NCBI GenBank assembly: GCA_003151815.1
Contig: PLYN01000058.1
Coordinates: 27,811-91,810, forward strand
Reading direction: 5' to 3'
Source of the DNA: Bacteroidota bacterium
GTDB lineage: Bacteria > Bacteroidota > Bacteroidia > 2-12-FULL-35-15
DNA: 64,000 bases
The notes under the pieces are model-generated. The model was not told where the DNA came from, did no database searches, and was given only the letters and a program-made list of their open reading frames with translations. Below, one piece after another: positions 27,766-36,855 of this stretch. Within the stretch, counting starts at the first letter, position 1; every line of letters begins with the position of its first letter. Both the position numbers and the translations under genes were made by a program.

Positions 27766-28074
27766 ATGAAAACCTTTTCAAAAAAAATAATAGTACTCTT
27801 CATTTGTTTAATGCCTTTGATAGCTGTTTCGCAGGAAACCAAAACGAGTACAGAGGCACCAGCGGCTACCAGATCGCAACGTCAGAAAGCCAAGAAAAAA
27901 TGGAAAGAGGATCGTATAATAGAAAGAGATAATAAAAAAGCAATTAAAGATCATCATAAACGGATCCAAACAAAGAAAACTCTGAAGGATATGAAAAAAG
28001 AGAAACGGAAAAGTGATAGGCTGAGAGATAATAAAAAGAAAAACTTTTTTATGCGATTGTTTAATAAAGAATAG
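27766..28074 (+). CDS. secreted Lys/Arg-rich hypothetical protein
   Basis: Signal peptide MKTFSKKIIVLFICLMPLIAVSQ followed by a highly basic low-complexity region. Confidence 0.5.
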   Translation: MKTFSKKIIVLFICLMPLIAVSQETKTSTEAPAATRSQRQKAKKKWKEDRIIERDNKKAIKDHHKRIQTKKTLKDMKKEKRKSDRLRDNKKKNFFMRLFNKE

Positions 28075-28091
28075 TTTGAAAGTTCAAAGTT
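28075..28091. repeat. solo heptamer-type repeat arm directly after the stop codon
   Basis: tttgaaagttcaaagtt follows the TAG at 28072-28074. Confidence 0.4.
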
Positions 28092-28224
28092 AAGAAGGAA
28101 ACTGAAATCAATATTGGCAGGTCATTGCAAGGAGATATGACGTTTTTGAATTAAGTTTGAATTTAAGAAGAAACAGAAAATAACGAAACACAATTCATAG
28201 ATAGCGAAATAAATAAATATTTTA

Positions 28225-28232
28225 TACATTTG
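28225..28232 (+). promoter_or_regulatory. candidate -7 box TAcaTTTG for greA
   Basis: Exact TAnnTTTG match 76 nt upstream of the greA ATG and just before the leader hairpin. Confidence 0.35.
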
Positions 28233-28240
28233 CATTCATA

Positions 28241-28283
28241 AAGAGAATCCTTCCAATAGACGAGAGGATTCTCTTTTATCTTT
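28241..28283 (+). terminator. terminator-like leader hairpin upstream of greA
   Basis: 11-bp perfect stem aagagaatcct/aggattctctt (28241-28251 / 28265-28275) with a 13-nt loop, followed by ttatctttt. Confidence 0.5.
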
Positions 28284-28307
28284 TAATAAATCCAACACAA
28301 ATTAATT

Positions 28308-28781
28308 ATGTCACAAATATCCTATTATACTGAAGAAGGGCTAAAAAAACTGAGAGATGAACTTCATCAGTTAAAAACTCACGAGCGCGCTTATATCTCA
28401 AAACAAATTGCTGAAGCACGCGACAAAGGTGATCTTTCAGAAAATGCGGAATATGATGCAGCAAAGGAAGCGCAAGGTTTATTGGAGCTTAAAATTTCAA
28501 AACTCGAAGAAATAATGAGTGGCGCACGATTAATTGATGCTTCCACAATGGATACCTCAAAAGCGCTTGTACTTTCAAAAGTAAAAATAAAAAACATGAC
28601 AACTGGTGCAACAATGACCTATACACTTGTAGCTGAAAATGAAGCTGATCTGAAAGCCGGAAAAATCTCTGTTGATTCGCCAATTGGTAAAGGATTGCTG
28701 GGTAAAAAGGTAGGTGAAATTGCAGAGATAGCAATACCTTCAGGTAAAATTAAATTTGAAATTATTGCAATATCCCGATAA
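28308..28781 (+). CDS. greA: transcription elongation factor GreA
   Basis: DLSENAEYDAAKEAQ coiled-coil tip and a C-terminal FKBP-like domain. 157 aa. Confidence 0.95.
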   Translation: MSQISYYTEEGLKKLRDELHQLKTHERAYISKQIAEARDKGDLSENAEYDAAKEAQGLLELKISKLEEIMSGARLIDASTMDTSKALVLSKVKIKNMTTGATMTYTLVAENEADLKAGKISVDSPIGKGLLGKKVGEIAEIAIPSGKIKFEIIAISR

Positions 28782-28784
28782 ACT

Positions 28785-29177
28785 ATGGCAAGCATTTTTA
28801 CCAAAATAGTGAATGGGGAAATACCTTGTTATAAAATTTTCGAGAACGAAAAGTTCTTAGCTTTTTTAGATGTGTTTCCTCTTGTACATGGACACATATT
28901 GGTGATTCCCAAAAAAGAAATTGATTATATATTTGATATCGAAGATACTGATCTCGCGGAGATGATGCTATTTGCAAAGCACGTTGCTAAAGCTCAGAAA
29001 GCGGCTGTTACCTGCAAACGCATTGGGATTGCAGTAATTGGTTTAGAAGTTCCTCATGCTCACATTCATTTAGTTCCAATGAATTCAGTGAACGATATCA
29101 ACTTTGCTCAGCCTAAAATATCCCCTACTCAGGCTGAATTGTCTGCAATGGCTGAAAAAATAAGGGCGAAGTTTTAA
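28785..29177 (+). CDS. HIT family protein
   Basis: Histidine triad HAHIHLVP and an N-terminal IF..I..GEIP pattern. Confidence 0.9.
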   Translation: MASIFTKIVNGEIPCYKIFENEKFLAFLDVFPLVHGHILVIPKKEIDYIFDIEDTDLAEMMLFAKHVAKAQKAAVTCKRIGIAVIGLEVPHAHIHLVPMNSVNDINFAQPKISPTQAELSAMAEKIRAKF

Positions 29178-29181
29178 TAAA

Positions 29182-29736
29182 TCACTTCACTTTCTTACTC
29201 GGATTTTCAGCCAAGAAAGATTTCCAGCCTGTATATGATTTTGCTGCTGTGCCCGGCTTACGCTGAAAATAATGACATACAGCCGCAGCCAAACCATCCG
29301 TGGCATCTAAAAATTCCGGAGTTTCTTTGAAATTTAAAAGCGATTTTAGCATTGCTGATACTTGTTCCTTGGAAGCGTTTCCATTACCGGTAATGGATTG
29401 TTTTATTTTTTTTGGTGAGTATTCATGTATCGGTAAATTTCTGGAAAGAGCACCCGCAATGGCCACTCCCTGCGCTCTTCCTAATTTAAGCATCGACTGC
29501 ACATTCTTACCAAAAAAAGGAGCCTCGATCGCTAATTCATCCGGTTTGTATTCATCTATCAAAGCCACTACCCTATTAAATATTTTTTGAAGTTTTAATG
29601 CATGGTCACCCACTTTTTCAAGACGTACAACACCCATCACGATCAATTCCATTTTATTGCCTTTGATGTGAATTAGTCCGTAGCCCATGATATTGGTACC
29701 GGGATCAATACCTAAAATAATTCTATCAGTTGCCAT
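29182..29736 (-). CDS. ruvC: crossover junction endodeoxyribonuclease RuvC
   Basis: [30 protein letters not shown] and [13 protein letters not shown] prefer the ATG at 29736 ([13 protein letters not shown]) to the longer ORF-track start. Confidence 0.9.
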   Translation of the reverse strand: MATDRIILGIDPGTNIMGYGLIHIKGNKMELIVMGVVRLEKVGDHALKLQKIFNRVVALIDEYKPDELAIEAPFFGKNVQSMLKLGRAQGVAIAGALSRNLPIHEYSPKKIKQSITGNGNASKEQVSAMLKSLLNFKETPEFLDATDGLAAAVCHYFQRKPGTAAKSYTGWKSFLAENPSKKVK

Positions 29737-29802
29737 TTTAGTAGAATTCGTTGGTTTTCGTAGATTTGTGCATTCATCCAAACTTTATCAGGATAGTAAT
29801 TT

Positions 29803-30756
29803 ATGATGACCGCACTTTCCAATAAACATTCTTACAAAGTTATAAGTCTTTTGTTGAAGACCGTTATTTTTATTCTTTCTATTTGGTATATATTCCAAAA
29901 ATTAACGAATACAAATGTTGCTCTGAATTTTGATGAAATCATATCAAAAATCTATTCACCTTATTTTTTTATCGCATTGCTTTTGGTTGTTTTAAATTGG
30001 GGAATTGAAGCTGTTAAATGGAAATATCTGATTCAAAAAATGGAGCTCATCTCCTATTCAACGGCTCTTAAATCAATACTATCTGGAGTTACTATCAGTA
30101 TATTTACACCTAACAGAGTTGGAGAATTTGCCGGCAGGGTTTTTTATCTGAAAAGCACAGATAAAGTAAAAGCAACAATGATAAGCCTTACAGGAAGTAT
30201 GTTTCAACTTTCAGTAACCATTTTAGCAGGAATAACGGCATGTATCTTTTATTATTATCAGCATAAAAACGAACCCGTTATTTTAAACTTTATATCTTTA
30301 AATAATTTATTGTTGTTACTAATTACACTTGCTCTCCTTCTATTTTCAATAATATTTATCTATCTAAAAAGAAATTCATTATCCCATCGAATAAAGAATG
30401 TATTTTTTTTATTCAATTCAAAAGAGATGTTTAACACTTTTGCACTTTCGCTACTGCGATATTTGGTTTTTTCATTTCAATATTATTTGGTTCTTCTGGT
30501 ATTTGGTATCGATGCAGGATTGATCAATTCTTTTGTATTAATTGCAATAACATTTTTTGTTACCTCTGCCATACCAACATTTGCACTAACCGAATTAACC
30601 GTTAGAGGAGCGTCATCCGTATATTTTTTCAGCACAGTTACTAATGATACTACATCAATTATAACAGCCTCAATAGTAATTTGGATCATCAACCTTGCTA
30701 TACCGGCAATCATAGGAGGGGCATTTATTTGGAATCTTAATTTTTTTGAAGATTAA
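29803..30756 (+). CDS. UPF0104 / lysylphosphatidylglycerol-synthase-TM-region (flippase-like) membrane protein
   Basis: About 8 TM helices. The pattern around IFTPNRVGEFAGRVFYL is typical of the LPG_synthase_TM family. Confidence 0.75.
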   Translation: MMTALSNKHSYKVISLLLKTVIFILSIWYIFQKLTNTNVALNFDEIISKIYSPYFFIALLLVVLNWGIEAVKWKYLIQKMELISYSTALKSILSGVTISIFTPNRVGEFAGRVFYLKSTDKVKATMISLTGSMFQLSVTILAGITACIFYYYQHKNEPVILNFISLNNLLLLLITLALLLFSIIFIYLKRNSLSHRIKNVFFLFNSKEMFNTFALSLLRYLVFSFQYYLVLLVFGIDAGLINSFVLIAITFFVTSAIPTFALTELTVRGASSVYFFSTVTNDTTSIITASIVIWIINLAIPAIIGGAFIWNLNFFED

Positions 30757-30759
30757 AAA

Positions 30760-31929
30760 ATGATGGGACAACTCTTTTTAATCATTATTACTATTATAAC
30801 AATTATCTGTTTTGCATACATAATTTTAATTGCTTCTTATTGTTATGCATGGATAAAAATAAAATCGCCTATCATTAACCCTAATGTTTTAAAAACATTG
30901 GTAACAGTAATTATAGCCGCTAGAAATGAAGAAGATAACATTGAAAATTGCCTTACCTCTATCCTCCATCAATCCTACCCATTGGAAAATATGGAAATAA
31001 TTGTTGTTGATGATGCATCTGAAGATACCACCAATTCGAAGATTCAGCAGTTTTGTGATACATATAAAAATATCAAATTAATTACGCTCAACAAAAATTC
31101 AAACCTTTTAGGAAAAAAAAATGCTCTCAATGCTGCTATTAAAGAAGCAAAAGGCGAATTAATTGTTACAACCGATGCTGATTGCATAATGGGTAACAAT
31201 TGGTTAAGTATAATGGTGAGTTATTATAAGGAATCGCAAGCCAAGATGATAGTGGCACCTGTATGTTTTTACAACGAAAAAACAGTTTTTGAAAAAATGC
31301 AAAGCCTCGAATTTATGGCGTTGATGTTGAGCACTGGCGCTTCGTTGTATTTTAATAAAGCCATAATGTGCAACGGAGCAAACCTGGCATATTCAAAAAA
31401 GGTTTTTTATGATGTCGGTGGCTTTGAAGACATTGACCAACAGCCTTCGGGCGATGATGTATTGCTGATGTATAAAATCGCAGAAAAATACCCGGCAGGA
31501 ATACAGTTCCTGAAACATAGAGAGGCGATCGTTTACACAAAAGCTAAATCAACAGTAAGTGAATTTATTAATCAACGAAAGCGTTGGGCTTCAAAGGGAT
31601 TTAACGTCCTAAATGGAGAAACGAAATTGGTTTCATTGATTGTTTATTTATTCAATACCTTACTTTTAATTATTGCTGTTATAAGCCCATTCTATTTCGA
31701 AAATCAGGTCTTCCATCTTTCATTATTTAAAATTTGTCTTATTCTTTTAGGAATTAAATGCTTATTTGATTTTTTGTTACTATTTTTATCAACATCCTTT
31801 TTTAAAAAGAAGCGTTTTTTAATTTATTTCTTGCCTGAACAAATTTTATATATAGCATATATCATGATGATAGGATTGCTTGGTTCAATTGGTAAATATG
31901 AATGGAAGAATAGAAATATAAACAGATAA
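30760..31929 (+). CDS. membrane-embedded family 2 glycosyltransferase with QxxRW motif
   Basis: VTVIIAARNEE, TDADC (DxD) and QRKRWA. One N-terminal TM helix and several C-terminal ones. Starts 3 nt after the upstream stop. Confidence 0.8.
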   Translation: MMGQLFLIIITIITIICFAYIILIASYCYAWIKIKSPIINPNVLKTLVTVIIAARNEEDNIENCLTSILHQSYPLENMEIIVVDDASEDTTNSKIQQFCDTYKNIKLITLNKNSNLLGKKNALNAAIKEAKGELIVTTDADCIMGNNWLSIMVSYYKESQAKMIVAPVCFYNEKTVFEKMQSLEFMALMLSTGASLYFNKAIMCNGANLAYSKKVFYDVGGFEDIDQQPSGDDVLLMYKIAEKYPAGIQFLKHREAIVYTKAKSTVSEFINQRKRWASKGFNVLNGETKLVSLIVYLFNTLLLIIAVISPFYFENQVFHLSLFKICLILLGIKCLFDFLLLFLSTSFFKKKRFLIYFLPEQILYIAYIMMIGLLGSIGKYEWKNRNINR

Positions 31930-33180
31930 ATGAGCAAAAAAGACGATAAATATGATTCACATTCACTATCATACTATACGTGGCTACGCTTAAAAAAAAA
32001 TAAGCTTGCTATGTTTGGTTTAATGGTTATAGGTCTTAGCATGCTAACAGCTTTACTTGGTTTTTCTATTACCCCTGATTCAACACCCAACGCAAACGAT
32101 CAACTACTTGAACTATCAAAAAAACCACCTGGTTTTAAAATTCAGATGCTTGAAATAAAAAAAAATGAAGCAACACATAAAGTAAATTTTTTTTATAAAA
32201 TGATGTTTGGTGAAGTAAGCGACTACCGTTCTATACCCTTTTCTTCTTACCGATTTGATGGAACAGATATTGTTTGTGTAGAATATACCGGAAACAATAA
32301 GCGGGTTGATAGCGAAATAAAATTTAATATAGCTGATGTTTTGTATGCAATAAACTATGATACGCCTATTAAAAACAATGTCAAGGAAGGCTATATCGAA
32401 TTTTACGAATTGGGCAGCAATAAAAAAATCAGGAAATCGATAACCGAATTACGCAATGAAATCATAGCTGATAATATCATCACCAAAAAATTTATTTTAG
32501 GTACCGATCCTGCAGGACGTGATTTATTAAGCCGTTTAATGATTGGAATAAGAGTTTCTTTTTCTGTTGGTTTTGTCGCCGTATTTATCTCCGTATTTAT
32601 TGGTGTTTTGATGGGTGCATTGGCGGGCTACTACCGTGGCTGGGTGGATGATGTAATCATTTGGTTTATCAATGTGGTTTGGTCTGTACCAACACTATTA
32701 CTTGTTATTGCCATTACATTGGCATTAGGTAAAGGATTTTGGCAAGTATTTATTGCAGTTGGCCTTACGATGTGGGTTGAAGTAGCACGCGTAATTCGTG
32801 GGCAAATTATGAGCATACGAGAAAAGGAATTTGTGGAAGCAGGAAGAGCCTTAGGATTTTCGAATTTCAGAATCATTTTTCGCCATGTATTGCCCAATGT
32901 AATGGGACCGGTAATAGTTATTTCGGCTGCCAATTTTGCTTCAGCGATATTAATTGAAGCTGGTTTAAGTTTCCTTGGCATCGGTGCCCAGCCACCGACA
33001 GCCTCTTGGGGCGCTATGATCAATGCGCATAGAGGTTATATTATAGGTGATGCTCCTTACCTTGCATTTGTTCCCGGAATAGCAATCATGATAATGGTAC
33101 TTGCGTTTGTTTTGCTTGGCAATGGCTTGCGCGACTCTATGGATACCAAAGTTGTTGATGAAGATCAGACAATGTATTAA
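31930..33180 (+). CDS. ABC transporter permease, DppC/OppC family, with a long extracytoplasmic insertion
   Basis: EAA-type motif EAGRALGFSNFRIIFRHVLPN. About 140 residues lie between TM1 and TM2. The start abuts the upstream TAA. Confidence 0.8.
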   Translation: MSKKDDKYDSHSLSYYTWLRLKKNKLAMFGLMVIGLSMLTALLGFSITPDSTPNANDQLLELSKKPPGFKIQMLEIKKNEATHKVNFFYKMMFGEVSDYRSIPFSSYRFDGTDIVCVEYTGNNKRVDSEIKFNIADVLYAINYDTPIKNNVKEGYIEFYELGSNKKIRKSITELRNEIIADNIITKKFILGTDPAGRDLLSRLMIGIRVSFSVGFVAVFISVFIGVLMGALAGYYRGWVDDVIIWFINVVWSVPTLLLVIAITLALGKGFWQVFIAVGLTMWVEVARVIRGQIMSIREKEFVEAGRALGFSNFRIIFRHVLPNVMGPVIVISAANFASAILIEAGLSFLGIGAQPPTASWGAMINAHRGYIIGDAPYLAFVPGIAIMIMVLAFVLLGNGLRDSMDTKVVDEDQTMY

Positions 33181-33196
33181 TCACAATTATTTCAAA

Positions 33197-33982
33197 ATGG
33201 AATACAAAAACAAACAAAAAATATTACGAAAAAAATTGCTCTCGCTTTATTTTGAAGCGAATGCAGGCCATATAGGATGTTCTTTAAGTTGCATTGATCT
33301 ATTAATTGCTTTGTTTGAAATAAAGACAGTCAGTGAACGGGTAATTTTATCGAAAGGACATGCTGCTGCGGCTTTATACACCATATTAAATTCGACCGGG
33401 GAAATTAGTGATGAAACCTTGGCAACTTTTTATAAAAACGGAACCAAATTATCAGCACACCCATCTGCAAATTTGTTCACCAACATCCCGTTTGCTTTAG
33501 GTTCTTTAGGACATGGATTTCCAATTGGATGTGGAATAGCTTATGCGAATAAACTTCAAAACAATTCAGAAAATGTATATGTTCTTATGTCTGACGGTGA
33601 AACAAACGAAGGTACAACATGGGAAGCAGCACATTTTGCAGTTGCAAAAAAACTGGATAATATTGTTGTGTTGATAGATAAAAATAAATTACAAGGTTTT
33701 GGCTTCACCAAGGATATTTTAGGTGATACCGCAGATATTAATAAATGGAAAAGTATAGGATTTGATATTATTGAAGAGGATGGGCATGATGTTGAAAAAC
33801 TCTTTTCAAGTATCAACCTTCTCAAGAATAAAAAAAATGGAATGCCCAAATTAATTATTGCCAACACGGTAAAAGGCAAAGGTGTTAATTTTATGGAAAA
33901 TAAAATGGAATGGCACTATTTGCCAATGAATGAAGATATGTATAAAAAAGCTTTATCATCAGTAGAAGAAAATTATGCGTAA
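33197..33982 (+). CDS. transketolase, N-terminal (TPP-binding) subunit
   Basis: GHIGCSLSCIDL, SKGHAAAALY, GSLGHGF and MSDGETNEG. I prefer the ATG at 33197, because the ORF-track start overlaps the permease. Confidence 0.85.
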   Translation: MEYKNKQKILRKKLLSLYFEANAGHIGCSLSCIDLLIALFEIKTVSERVILSKGHAAAALYTILNSTGEISDETLATFYKNGTKLSAHPSANLFTNIPFALGSLGHGFPIGCGIAYANKLQNNSENVYVLMSDGETNEGTTWEAAHFAVAKKLDNIVVLIDKNKLQGFGFTKDILGDTADINKWKSIGFDIIEEDGHDVEKLFSSINLLKNKKNGMPKLIIANTVKGKGVNFMENKMEWHYLPMNEDMYKKALSSVEENYA

Positions 33983-34880
33983 CGAGTTTTCAAAAAAAGC
34001 CGAAGATATTATTTCTTCAAATCCTAAAACTGTATTTATTACAGGTGATTTGGGTTATAATGCATTAGAAAACATACAAAAAATTGCCAAAGAACGTTTT
34101 ATAAATGCCGGAGTAGCTGAACAAAATATGGTTGGTGTTGCTGCAGGATTGGCTTATAAAGGCTTTGAAACATTCGTATATAGTATTGCACCATTTGCAG
34201 TATTCCGATGTTTAGAACAAATTAAAATAGATGTTTGTATTCATAATTTGCCTGTTTATATTGTAGGTAATGGCGGTGGATATGGCTATGGAATTATGGG
34301 TGCAACTCATCACGCGATAGAAGATATTGCATGTTTAAGTCCACTGCCGAACATGACATGTTGGGTGCCTGCTTTTAAAGAAGACGTAGCTTTTTGTTTA
34401 AACCAAATAACTGATCAAAAAAAACCTGCGTATTTACGTTTGGGCTTGGGGAAACCTTATCCTGCTGCAATTGCGATTTCAAAAATCAATAAAATTGTTG
34501 CATCTGAAAGTCCAAGAATTACCATTATTGCTTTGGGTCCTGTTGTTCATAATGTATTAGAAGCTATTCCTGAAAATAAAAATATTGATTTATTTACTAT
34601 ACTTGCAATTCCACTTGTAAAATTAAGTGATGAACTAATAAAAAGTCTATCTGAAACAAAAAAAATAATTGTCATTGAGGAACATGTTGAACGTGGCGGA
34701 CTTGGAGAACATTTACTTTCAATTCTTGCTAAAATGTCCATCAAAAATATAGAATATGTTAGTTTACATGCCAAAGGATATCCGAGTAAATTATACGGAA
34801 ATCAAGCATTTCATCAAAAAGAAAGCGGTTTGGATTCAGAAAATATACGAAAAGAAATAACCAAATTATTGGAAGTTTAA
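33975..34880 (+). CDS. transketolase, C-terminal (pyrimidine-binding + C-terminal domain) subunit
   Basis: FINAGVAEQNMVGVAAGLA and GATHHAIEDIA. There is an 8-nt overlap with the N-terminal subunit gene. Confidence 0.85.
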   Translation: MRNEFSKKAEDIISSNPKTVFITGDLGYNALENIQKIAKERFINAGVAEQNMVGVAAGLAYKGFETFVYSIAPFAVFRCLEQIKIDVCIHNLPVYIVGNGGGYGYGIMGATHHAIEDIACLSPLPNMTCWVPAFKEDVAFCLNQITDQKKPAYLRLGLGKPYPAAIAISKINKIVASESPRITIIALGPVVHNVLEAIPENKNIDLFTILAIPLVKLSDELIKSLSETKKIIVIEEHVERGGLGEHLLSILAKMSIKNIEYVSLHAKGYPSKLYGNQAFHQKESGLDSENIRKEITKLLEV

Positions 34881-36848
34881 ATGGGCGAAATCAAAGAAAA
34901 AATACAACAACTACAAGGTCCCATTTTTATTTTTGGGGCCAGCGGATTTATTGGTGCTAACTTATTAAAAACTATTTTAACGTATCGTAAAGATTGTTAT
35001 GCTATAACTCACAACCCCAGATCTGCTTGGCGTTTAAAATTATTGGAAATCCCTTCTGAAAACATTTTACATTGTGATATCAATTATAAAAAATCCATTG
35101 AGTCCATATTTAAAGAACATACCCCACAAACTATTTTTAACCTTTCGGCTTACGGCGCATATAGTAAACAAAACAATACGAGTTTAATATATGAAACGAA
35201 TATTGTTGGTACTGTAAATATCCTCGAAATCTGCAAAAATATTAAAGCGTATATCCATGCCGGAAGCAGTTCGGAATATGGACTAAACAGCGATAACCCA
35301 AAAGAAAAGGACGAGTTAATACCTAATAGTCATTATTCTGTTTCTAAAATAACCACAGGGTATTTATTATCATTTTATGCACGTTTTCACAATTTACCTT
35401 GTTTAAATTTAAGATTATATTCAATCTATGGACCCTGGGAAGAACCTGATAGATTAATTCCAAAAATGGTTGAATGTGCCTTATCAAAAACATATCCTCC
35501 TTTTGTTAATCCTTCTACTTCACGTGATTTTGTTTATATTGATGATTGCGTTGAAGCATTTATCGATGCCGCCAATAATGTTAATAAGGAAAACTCCGGT
35601 CAATCAATAAACATAGGTAGCGGACAGAAAACTACTTTAGAGAAATTAGCAAATACATGTCAAAAAATATTTAATATTGAAAAAAATCCTATATGGGGAA
35701 ACATGCCTAACAGAACTTGGGATACTGCTGAATGGGTTGGTAATTATGGAAAAGCTAATGAATTAATTAATTGGCAACCAAAAACAAACCTTGAAGACGG
35801 TCTGAAAAAATATGCAGAATGGCAAAAAGAAATAAATTATACAAACAAAATATTGCCGGCTTTTCAATCTCCTAAAAAACTTGCTAAAATCAGTCCGATT
35901 ATCGCCTGCTATAAAGACGCGCAGGCTATACCCTTTATGTATAATCGTTTGGTGGAAACATTCCATAAAATAGGCTGCAATTATGAAATCATATTTGTAA
36001 ATGATAACTCACCGGACGATACAGAAAAGATACTTCAGGAAATTTGCGAAAAAGATATGAATGTTATTGCCATAAAGCATTCACGAAATTTTGGTTCTCA
36101 AGCAGCCTTCGTTAGCGGAATGGAGATTGCTACCGGAGATGCTGTTGTATTAATGGATGGGGATTTACAAGACCCTCCGGAAATGATTGCTCAATTTTTT
36201 GAGCAGTGGCAAAATGGATACCAGGTTGTTTATGGGAGACGAGTAAAAAGAGAAGCTTCTATGTTTATGAATTTTGCTTACAAGACTTTTTATAAAATAT
36301 TCAGTAAGATGTCTGATATTACTATTCCTCAAAATGCCGGGGACTTTTCTTTAATTGACACAAAAGTAGTTGAGCACATTGTTAATTTACCGGAAAAAGA
36401 ACAGTTTTTAAGGGGCTTAAGAGCTTGGGTAGGTTTTAAACAAACAGGAGTTGACTACATAAGACCAGAACGAATGTTTGGTGTTAGTACTAACAACCTA
36501 CGAAAAAATATATGGTGGGCTAAAAAAGGAATTTTATCATTTAGTTATTTACCGCTTGAGATTATGAGTTATACAGGTTTTTTCTTAACAATAGCTTCCT
36601 TTTTAGCCATCGCATTTCAAGTGGTTGGAAAAATAATGTATCCGGATTTACCGCATGGTATTCCAACCATTATTGTATTGGTATTATTTTTTGGTGGAGT
36701 GCAATTACTTGCTATTTCACTCATCGGCGAATATTTATCAAAGGTGGTTGATGAAACAAAATCTCGTCCGAAATTTATCAGAGATAAAGTAATTATTAAA
36801 GGACGAAGTATTGAAACGAACAGCGAATTGAAAAACCTTTTGAAATAG
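34881..36848 (+). CDS. fusion protein: NAD-dependent epimerase/dehydratase (SDR) + polyprenyl-phosphate glycosyltransferase (GT2, GtrB/ArnC type)
   Basis: Residues 1-320 form the SDR (GASGFIGANL, YSVSK). Residues ~336-655 form the GT2 (VNDNSPDDT, DGDLQDPP) and end in two TM helices. The ATG abuts the transketolase TAA. Confidence 0.8.
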   Translation: MGEIKEKIQQLQGPIFIFGASGFIGANLLKTILTYRKDCYAITHNPRSAWRLKLLEIPSENILHCDINYKKSIESIFKEHTPQTIFNLSAYGAYSKQNNTSLIYETNIVGTVNILEICKNIKAYIHAGSSSEYGLNSDNPKEKDELIPNSHYSVSKITTGYLLSFYARFHNLPCLNLRLYSIYGPWEEPDRLIPKMVECALSKTYPPFVNPSTSRDFVYIDDCVEAFIDAANNVNKENSGQSINIGSGQKTTLEKLANTCQKIFNIEKNPIWGNMPNRTWDTAEWVGNYGKANELINWQPKTNLEDGLKKYAEWQKEINYTNKILPAFQSPKKLAKISPIIACYKDAQAIPFMYNRLVETFHKIGCNYEIIFVNDNSPDDTEKILQEICEKDMNVIAIKHSRNFGSQAAFVSGMEIATGDAVVLMDGDLQDPPEMIAQFFEQWQNGYQVVYGRRVKREASMFMNFAYKTFYKIFSKMSDITIPQNAGDFSLIDTKVVEHIVNLPEKEQFLRGLRAWVGFKQTGVDYIRPERMFGVSTNNLRKNIWWAKKGILSFSYLPLEIMSYTGFFLTIASFLAIAFQVVGKIMYPDLPHGIPTIIVLVLFFGGVQLLAISLIGEYLSKVVDETKSRPKFIRDKVIIKGRSIETNSELKNLLK

Positions 36849-36855
36849 AAATTGT

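Noticed and set aside
27705-27932. Alternative 75-aa ORF overlapping the 27766-28074 ORF.
   Set aside because: It has no signal or motif. The 27766 frame has a clear signal peptide and runs to the repeat-associated stop.
33101-33196. N-terminal extension of the transketolase N-subunit ORF (MRLFCLAMACATLW...).
   Set aside because: It overlaps the end of the permease gene in another frame and has no similarity to transketolases. The conserved sequence starts right after the ATG at 33197.
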